Below the pieces are notes generated by a model. That model had not been told where the DNA came from. It ran no database searches and saw only the letters and a program-made list of their open reading frames with translations. 64,000 nucleotides of DNA, taken from assembly GCA_020137815.1 (NCBI GenBank), contig CM035351.1, forward strand, positions 7,502,001 to 7,566,000, read 5' to 3'. This stretch comes from Hormiphora californensis (Eukaryota > Animalia > Ctenophora). Positions 55,101 to 64,000 of this stretch are shown piece by piece. A program made the translations under genes and the position numbers. Every line of letters starts with the position of its first letter. Positions within the stretch are counted from its first letter, which is position 1.

Positions 55101-58100
55101 TGTGTTTACACACATTTTCAATACTTAGAATTTTACACGCATGTTATTCAAATGAAGAGAAACGCGTGAAAGAGGGAACTGGTCTGTCAAACTGCGAGGA
55201 GGGTGTTAAATCTCCCAGCTGGCGGTTATCATGTGCGTGCAAATTCTTCAAACGACTGATAAATCAACTATCGGGTTTCATAGTTAAATAATGCAAATAA
55301 TTCTTGTTCAAGTCAAAATTATGGTATACGAATCGTGTTTCGAATCGGCACTGCTAAGCAGGAGTTTTGTTACTAATTTGCGGGTTAGAGAAGGATTTTG
55401 CTGATACGTGATGCCGCTAATTAGACAATGAATCATGTCCCCCTAAATTTCCTAATTACACTTGATTGGGGATCATGTATCAGCACAATCCATCTCGAAC
55501 CCGCTAATTATCAACATCACTCCCGCTTAGCATTGCCGATTCGAAACACGATTCGTACGCAAAAATTGACTTAGAAAATTTTCAAAAAATTTGACTTTGA
55601 AAATTTTTCACAAAATTGACTTTGAAATACAGGGTGTCCCACTGTCTTTGCGTGACCTGTGATTTTGGGTGATGTGTGGGTTCCATTCAAATGCCCATAA
55701 CTCATCGAAAAATAGGCTAAAACGGCTCAACCAAAAACAGTGTTGTAGAGAATTGTCAGGCGCACATTTGGGTACAAGATTGATGTTCCAAGTCTTACCA
55801 ATCGTCAGATATATCGTCGTAAAGTCACAAGTACGTGATTATGAAATCCGACCGGGGTTCACGTTTTGAAGAATTCACAAATGCAAAGTTGCTCGGATCA
55901 CATTACATCCCTCATAAGAGTTGTGGGAAATTGTCTGTCGGTCATTTTGGTAACCGGGTTTTTGTCCTAGCTCAATGTTTAGAGTGTCTTATGACTGTCT
56001 AAAGACGAAATTCAACCAGCATTTTTGAGGGGATCACGTGTCATCAACAAATGGGTAAAATGATTTGAAATTTACAAGAGCTTCATTGGAATCGTCTAAG
56101 GTTCATTTTGATACCATAGTTTTTTCCATAGCTCTACGTTTTAGTTGCGTTATGACTGTAGGAACATGAATATTTTTCTATGCTGAGTCTAAGATGGTAT
56201 CGGCTCACAACCCCTAATTAGGTAGCTCGGTGTCGTGTGTAATCCTATGATAATTAGCACACATCGTCTCAATTTCATCTAGACACGTGACAGGGTTGTT
56301 ATGACGATTTGTCAAGGCCCCTGTTAATATGTAGGACACTCAAGTGGTCTATCCCAACCCTATCATGCACTGAGATGTTATTCAAGCAGCTATGAGCTTC
56401 ATAACAGGGCAAAATGCAATGCGATACCTGAGACCACTTTTGGGAACATTCCAGTTCTGACAGTCATAAGACACTCTAAACATTGGGCTAGGATAAAAAC
56501 CCGGGTACCAAAATGACCGCCAGACAATTTCCTAATTTTGACTTTACGACGATATATCTGACGATTGGTAAGACTTGGAAAGTCAATCTTGCAACCAAAA
56601 TGTTCGCCAGACAATTATCTAGAACACTGTTTTTTGTTAGAACCATTTTGACCAATTTTTCGATGAGTTTTGGTTAGTTTAATGGAGCCCGGTCATGACT
56701 CAAAATCGCAGGTCACGCAAAGACAGTGGGACACCCTGTATTTTCCAAACTTTTTTATCAAATTTCAGAGAATGATTCTCAACACCTTGATCGGTGCTTT
56801 CCGTGACTTTTTAGAGAAAACTTTGCATATGAAAAATTTGCTATGGTTCGGTTCGGTTCGGTAACCGAAATTCGGTTCGGTTCGGTTCGGTTCGGTTCGG
56901 TAAAACTTTTTTTCCGATTCGGTTCGGTTCGGTTCGGTGGTAAAAATCCCGGTTCGGTCGTTTCCTGGTCATTAGCCTCTAAATAAGTATATCTGCTGCA
57001 GTGCCGCAAGGATTACAACAATATATCGGTTTCCATGGTTACTAGCTACTCACGATTTCTGTAAGATAGGATCAGCCAATAGTTGTTTCCTCAACACAGG
57101 GAACCCTCGCCCACCATGCTGTAAACACCCCCTCTGGTCTGGTGGCCTGCATATCACCTCCGACTGGGACACCCTGGGTACCACAGCAGCAGCTGCAGCC
57201 GCAGTTTGAGCTGCCCCCTCTACCGATGTTTCCATAGCAACAGGAGATTTGATCTCACTGAAACTTGACTTTCTAGTCTCCTCAATCCTGCTATCAAACA
57301 CGCTAACCGCCTCACAGGGTTGTCCAAAGTTAATGAGAATCTTGTTGTCCACAAACACGCTGAACATGTGCGACTCAAGGAACCGAGAGAAGAAGGTGAG
57401 GTTGCACTCCGCTTGGTCGCACAAGAACACATCCTTCTCGAAGTTGTCCTGGTTATCCCTGTTACTTTCCCACACTGTTCTGTCCCGGGGAAATATCACA
57501 AACTTAGCATAGTTTAGGAGCATGGATGCGAAGTGGTTTAGCATTAGTGAACGGATGGTTTGTGTTTTATCGCTCACAGCAGCAGCTGCAGGTGGGGTGT
57601 TGTTGAGGGGTAGGTTGACCTTTAGTTTTGGGATACCCCGGTTAGCTCTCCTCTGAGCCAGGGAAACAGGGCCGCTGGGTGCTGGTTTAGTTGCTGCACC
57701 TATAGGGTCTAGTTGGAGTCCCCCAATCAATGGGGCTGGGGAGGGGGTTGCTGCTGTTACATTAACCAACGGAGGAACACTACTCAGACATTGTCTAATG
57801 CTGGCAATTAGTTGTCCCCTCCCGGGTAACTCTGGTAGATCCTCGGGTAAGACCAGTTTACAGCTATCAATATCCAAGATACAGATATCACTCCTATCCT
57901 CCATGGCGACAGGGTTGGTGAGACCCATAAGGAAGGTAACAGGGGCCTCTGTAAGGTGCATGTAGGATTCTGTTGTCGGCACTATTGGCACGTACACGTG
58001 GTCCCATTCAAAAGGGAATAGTAGCGCCTTTAGGGATTCTGAGGTGTGAATCAGCTTCTGTTTATCTGAAACGAGATGGTCGGGTTACTATGACAATGAG

Positions 58101-61100
58101 TTTGGGCCACCGGATCAGGTTTAATATAGGGGTTTAAAAGAATTTGGTAGAGATAGCTCCTTTAGAGACACCGGAAACGGGAAAGATAAAGGGGCTCTCG
58201 TATAGGGTTTCATATATCGCTTTGAGGGGTAGGGCCCTTAATCAAATAAACTTTGCGTGCCGGGAGAGTGTGTTTGTGTGTGTGTGTGTGTAAGGATACC
58301 GAGAGAGGTGGTCTTCTATGTCACGACAGAAGAAGCCCCACACGGCTCGATTTCTCTCTCTGTTTTCCCTTCGCGCGACATTTTACTAACTACCAGGATG
58401 ATCACTTTGCACGCGGGGAGATGTTCGCGCGTTACGTCCAACACCTCCCCGCCACAGAGTGGGTCCAGTTCCTGTCACACACGCCTCTATACACACACAG
58501 GGAGGGCAGCACAAACTGTGTGTGCGACTAGCGGGAAGAAGAGGAGTTAAAAATTAGGACGAACACTCACATTCTCTGCTGCTGCAGTAGTGACGGGGGC
58601 AGCCGGTAGTGAAACTGATAATTTGAGAGGGAGAAGAGTGATACGCCCTCATATCAAGCAAGAAATATAATATTTCATGTGCATGGATATCTTGGTGACC
58701 TTATAAAGTAACATATTGCGGTTACTATCCAACCATTAACGACATTATTCAACCCTTATCTTATGAGTGATAGTGAGATTCAGAGATGACGAGTGATAGA
58801 TAGTAAAGGATTTTGAAGTTTAAAAGGTTTCAGGAGAGTGATGAAAGGAATAAAACAGTTAAATATACCTAGTTGGTTGGTAGCAAAGATCCAAATAAAG
58901 AAGTGAAAATGTTAAAAAATTTTTTTTTTTTTCCCCCCCCCCCCCCCAAATTTTTTAAAATTTGCTTTTCTTTTCCCCGCCCCCAAATCCCTGGGGTTGC
59001 CGGGTATTCAGTCCTCTCGCCAAAAAACCCCGGGGGGGAAAAAAAGGGGGAAAAGGGCAAAAAGGGGGCGGGGGAAAGGGAAGGAGAGAAGGAGAGGAAG
59101 AGGGGGAAGATGGAGGGAGGGTTCCGAGAAACTGGAGGAGGAAAACGATATCACATGCCCCCCTCGCTATCTCTTCCTTTCTCTTTTTATTCCCTTCTCT
59201 CTCTCTATCTCTATTCTCTCTATCACCATAACACCCCACTTGGCGCCCAAGTCTGTGCTGTTACCAGTGTGTAGCAAGTTTTAATATTAAACAAAATAAA
59301 ACGCCGGGGGAGGCTAATACCAGATTCAACCTACTAACACCTAGTTTTGTTGCAGCTGGGGTATCCTATACCTCCCTCGAATACCACCCTCAACGTTGCA
59401 TTTCTAGCTGTACCCTGCCCACCTAGCATGCTCACATACAGCAAGTTATCAAGGGATGGCACATTGTGGCAGACTCACCCTTGCTGAACAGCATTATCTG
59501 GTGTTCCAGTAGGGTACATGTGAGGACATCCACTAATACATCCACATCCACAAACTTGAACAGCTCCTCCAGAGAAAAAGTAGTCAAACAGGGGCATCGG
59601 TGAGAATGGCATACAGATCTGGGAGGGTGTGATATAGAGGTGGTTACTGATGTTATAGTGGTTTACTGTTTTAGAGGGTGAGGAAATGGTTCTTTCCACA
59701 ACCACCTGAACTAACCATTTGTAATCGTGTGTTTTTAAAAGAAGCGTACAAATGCAAAAGACACAAAACCAATATCAAGTTATATGACGTCATAACTTAC
59801 ATCTAGGAGGGAGTAGGGTGCGGATACTTTGAGGGTCTGTCCAGGAGAGGGGTAGGGTAACTCATAGAAAGTTTGGGCAGGAGTTCCCTCAATAGGTAAT
59901 CCCCAAAACGGAAGCCAAGGCTAATACTCCAAACAACTAAAAAGAATTGGAAGGGGGACTGTTTACAATTTCGTTCTGGGTAATTTCTTTTGAGATCTTT
60001 CATCCATCGTGTGTGACTAAAAATTTTGTCATGGTTGGGAGGTTTGGGCAGTTGTAAAAAGGAAAAGAAGGGGATATAGACCAAAAGTTATTTTTTAGAA
60101 CCAGAACGCATAGGAAGGAGAGATGGGACCGGACACGAGAAAAGGAATAGAGAGAGGGAGTGGCGAGGAAGAGGGAGTACTGAGCGGGGGAAAAGAAAGA
60201 GAAATTTTTCCTCTCCTCCGTCTACTCCCCTCTTTCTCTCTCTCTCTTCAACTCTTCCTCCATCTATCTCCCTCTCTCCCCTCTTCTCTCTCACCTCCCT
60301 CTCTTCTATCCTCCTCTCTCTCTCTCTCTCTCTCACTCTCCCCCCTCTCTCCTCTATCTCTATCGCTCTTTACCACTGTCTGGCGAGGTGTGCTGCTCAG
60401 AACACTTTTATGCCTAAAATGAAAACTCCCCTAGGAATAGAAGGTCGAAAGAGAGGATTACAAAGAAATGTTCCGTCCCTGACCCCTGTTTGTTTGTTCC
60501 GTCACTGTTTAACATTGGCCAGCTGGATTCCGTGAGAAATATAAATCCAAAATATATATCCAAAACATCGAGAACAAGTTTATGACCAAACTTCATATTG
60601 CTTTTCTCTCACTGTCTCTCTTACTCTCTCACTCTCCCCCTAGCTCTCTCTTCTCACATTTAGAATTATCCTCATCATTTCCGCATAAAATAATAGAACA
60701 CTCGACCTCTAAGAATGTGATACTAGCTCTTCCAGCTCTAAGAGTTTGTATCACATCATTGCGTCCTAAATACAGCTGTATTATTTCGTTGTGTATCACA
60801 TCATTCTAATATTTTAGGTGCAACCTCACACTCACCTGCTTTAGGTACTCTCGTGGAAATGTGATGTAGGGGTACTCCAAAATAAGGGATATACACTCAG
60901 AAACATACACTTCCTCCTCCTCTCTCTGAGTAGGCTGCCCTCCCCCTCCTCCCTCGTCCTCACTTACTGTTTGACCTGCAGAGAACTGATTAATATTTTC
61001 AATTCAACTTCCTCAGAAAGAGTTGGACGATTAAAGGGGATAGTTTGACAATTTGTGGTAGTTAAACGTTAGACCGATACTTTTACAAGAGAAAATATGG

Positions 61101-62951
61101 ATTCCTAATAAGGCTGCTTTTTGCAGAAACATGGCCAGCTTTTCTCTCTAGCTCTCTCTCTGGCCCATCGAGGTTGTATCGTTAAACTATTTTCTTTCTT
61201 TCCTCCCTGTTGCAAGCACCAGGAAAGGTATTGTCAGATGGGACCCGAGGACTTGGTTACTGGTAACTTCTCTCGGCCAGCCTCAGATCGCTCTCTGTGC
61301 GATCAGAAAGTATCAGGTAGGTAACACCAAACTGAGACCCAGGGACTTATTTGCGGGTCACGGATGTAAAAATACATATAGCTATATGAACTAAGAAATA
61401 CCGATAGGTAAGTGCTTTAGAAGTGAGCCCCAGCACAACAAAGACTTGATCATTTTGCAGCTAATAATGCTCTCTCGACCTCTCGGGAGTGTATAGTAAA
61501 GTGTATGTACACGTGTTAGGTATTGGTAACGATAATCGAAGACACCTCACACTCTGCGACCTTCGTGCGCGCTGGCAAGGGGTAACTTCGTAACCAATCG
61601 ATCTGCTAATCTACATTAAAATGGGACTGTTACCGAGCTGCGTCAACCTTTTGATACAGATTTTGAGATTCCTCTTTTGTGTCCCTCTTTTTGTGCCAAG
61701 TTTCTATCAGATGGTGTTTACCTTGTCAAGCTTCTGACAACCTAAACAAGCTAAACACTTTTAAATATCTGATCTTCAAATGAAGACCGAAATAGTCGAG
61801 AATTTCAATAAAGTGGGCTCTACCTAGCTATATAGGGCTTGACATTTTATTTAGAACTCTGTTATGTTACGGAGAAACTAGTAAATTAACATTCTGAATT
61901 CTCGGTATATCGGATTAACATGATACAAGTTTGTCAAGTAAGTAATAAGAAGAAAACACACACACACACGAATAGAAGGGCCATATTGCTGACAGGAACT
62001 AGTTATAGTTGTCAATACACCGTATATAACCCACCGTGCATCCCCCCCCCGGTATTACGTCCCCCCCCCCCCCGGTATTACGTACATCCCCCCCCCGGTA
62101 TTACGTACGTGTAGCGGGTGTAAAAAAGGTAAGACATCCCCCGTATTTGTGAGACCCATCCTCTCTAGTCAATGCAAAGCTGTGAAAGGAAGGCGGTGGT
62201 GGTTTGACTCCTCGCAGGACTTCCACCCCGCAGGGCATACAAATCTGATAACATGAGAGGGTCAATTATATCAAATCTATATTATAATTTGGAGATGAAC
62301 GACGTCGTGATGGTCGTTCGTTCAGCGGTATCTACGCGACAGGCTGCTCCTTCATAAAACACTTCAATGTGCCCAAAGCTGTAAAGCTGTTACTCCCAGT
62401 TTTGGAACTTCCAGTGGAAGTTTGTTAATATTTCGAATGACTTTTAAAATGTCAGTCCCCATAGGTCCAATTCAGTTGCCATGGCAACCGTGTTATTGAC
62501 GTTGAAAGGGGCGAAAAGAACCACCCGGCGAAGCCGGGTGGGTTATCAAAAATCCCTTACTTGAGGCGCACCCAATGGGTGCGCTAGTAATTGTAAAAGA
62601 AGGGTTAGAACATAACATCTCCGGCCTGTCACGTCTGCAGTAGTATAGCAGCTATTCACAGCTCCACCCCGTCTCAAGGTGTGCAAAGTTTGATTATCAT
62701 AGTTACAAGCTGCACCCCCACTATCTACTCACCCCTTGCTCTACCCACTATATATGTATTTCTAAAATGAGGGGTAGACAACTCACCTCCTTCGTCCCAT
62801 TCGGTTCAAATGCGGTGGCGTTGGTAATGAATATGTCCAGGACGTCACAACGGATATTCTCATCTAGAGAGCTGTCAGAGAGATCGTGGGAGGGAGGCAG
62901 ACCACAGCGGAGGAAGCCGTGTACAAGGCGCTGTTGTTGAATGTTGTCCAT
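49130..62951 (-). CDS. DENND5: DENN domain-containing protein 5 (uDENN-cDENN-dDENN-RUN-PLAT-RUN)
   Basis: FHSFALTREDGSHKYG; LLEHQIMLFS..SLKALLFPFEWDHVYVP..APVTFLMGL; FSRFLESHMFSVFVD; ICDLVERVWSHGL..GKSALW; GRARAWIRLSIEK; PLAT LRVGHDNSGYSPGWLLDHILV; second RUN VGLDGKLQTLLCVG. Confidence 0.92.
54114..55306. mobile_element. Compound hairpin-rich insertion (Helentron/HINE-like unit ~54114-54580 plus a second hairpin element ~54600-55283) in a T-run of the hAT element
   Basis: The partner inverted arm (~53650-53690) shows the empty site; sub-TIR TTCCCTGCCC/GGGCAGGGAA; hairpin CCGGGTGGATGCC-gaa-GGCATCCACCCGG; inverted TATGAAACCCGATAGT/ACTATCGGGTTTCATA. Confidence 0.55.
55630..56738. mobile_element. 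Tc1/mariner-like non-autonomous element nested in the hAT element
   Basis: TA|CAGGGTGTCCCACTGTCTTTGCGTGACCTG ... CAGGTCACGCAAAGACAGTGGGACACCCTG|TA; imperfect inverted similarity extends ~350 bp; the empty site is visible in the partner arm at ~53341-53365. Confidence 0.88.
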
Positions 62952-63266
62952 TAGCTCACTGAAGTCGAACCTATTACATCCATAGAGGGAGAAGGGAGTT
63001 AGAGGGGGAATATATTGTGGCTGTTACAGCGTAAAACAGGGGTAACTTGCTCTGCAAAATTGCAAAACTGCAGAAAATAGAAGAACGGGAGCGAACGAGA
63101 CAAATAAGCGAACGAATAGAAGTGGGCTATATTATATGTCCTAGGTTAGTCAGTCACTTTTACAGCGTGATACACACGGCATTTCGATTGCTTGAATCTC
63201 TCAGTCTTCCACACCATCCACTCAGGCGTCATCCAGGGAATGTTAATTGGTGAATGTTAATGAAGA

Positions 63267-63428
<162 letters not shown>

Positions 63429-63489
63429 TGAGGGAGAGAGAGAGAGAAGGTTGTTGGGTAGAGTGTAGACAAAGATAGAGACACCAGGA

Positions 63490-63810
63490 AGGACTAATGA
63501 AGGCACGTCTTTGATATTTCAAATCCACTACTTCATTACCACTACTATAATGTGTGTCACTAAGACACAACAAGATATCGATAAAGAGACCCGCATTCTT
63601 GACAAGATCTTTTGTATTGTTATCTTTTATCGCTAGAAAAATATTTGCTACATTCTTGGCTTCGGCCCTATATAACATCTTAGTTTCTTGCTGTATTCTC
63701 ACAACTCACAAATACAATATTGGTGAGACTTCCGCGGACCTCTCATCCCTGAAGGTTATACAGATAGCACCTCTCTTCCACTTTTTTCTTTTTTATATTC
63801 GACCTCATCC
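63490..63810 (-). other. Possible terminal coding exon of an unidentified gene entering from the right edge
   Basis: Acceptor TATAG then DEVEYKKKKWKRGAICITF... continuing (one indel) into RIQQETKMLYRAEAKNVANIFLAI...; no recognisable motif. Confidence 0.25.
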
Positions 63811-63855
63811 TATATAAACCCTCTCGACGTCAATGATCGAGAGAGAAAGATAGAT

Positions 63856-63942
<87 letters not shown>

Positions 63943-64000
63943 CAAATTGGTTATTTTATTTAGTGCTTTTATTAAACACGACTCACTTTCTGTCAGCATG

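Larger units (their letters stand above)
52931..56967. mobile_element. Non-autonomous hAT-like element in a DENND5 intron, with nested insertions
   Basis: 8-bp TSD GTCATTAG (52923-52930, 56968-56975); 15-bp TIR CAGGAAGCGACCGAA / TTCGGTCGTTTCCTG; (GGTTC)n subterminal repeats; long internal inverted repeats. Confidence 0.88.

Noticed and set aside
52761-57009. ORFs containing TEPNRTEPNR / FGSVR
   Set aside because: Translations of the (GGTTC)n subterminal repeats of the hAT-like element.
58860-60420. G/A- and C-run-rich ORFs
   Set aside because: Inflated homopolymers indicate garbled consensus; only the DENND5 exon at ~59478-59620 is credible.

Overview
Eukaryotic (animal) genomic DNA with short-intron genes, many GA/CT microsatellites and frequent 1-bp indels and garbled patches typical of unpolished long-read sequence. 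A cydippid ctenophore is my inference, from acceptor AGs directly before start codons, nested intronic genes and a CAAATTAATTTGAG spliced-leader-like motif. Host genes in order: CENP-E-like kinesin (-, runs off the left edge); a MAD1 C-terminal-domain gene split by a full-length RTE-type LINE; a Hook/NuMA-like coiled-coil gene (-) with a cathepsin-L+ShKT gene nested in an intron; a PDZ-domain gene (-); NME6; FAM13 RhoGAP; TMEM17 with a MARCH-type RING-CH ligase nested antisense; a cytosolic sulfotransferase split by an ORF1-only retroelement; an NRF-6/acyltransferase-3 gene with tandem exon copies; DENND5 (-). Many transposons are delimited by TIRs and target-site duplications. Most notable: (1) an RT-less, ORF1-only retroelement whose 5' end looks like a spliced-leader remnant; (2) tandem arrays built from complete splice sites; (3) a 3.9-kb element with 48-bp perfect TIRs and an 8-bp TSD carrying a spliced DUF6589-like gene remnant; (4) a possible mini-MAD1 head-to-head with CENP-E. 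All family calls are by eye; no database searches were run.
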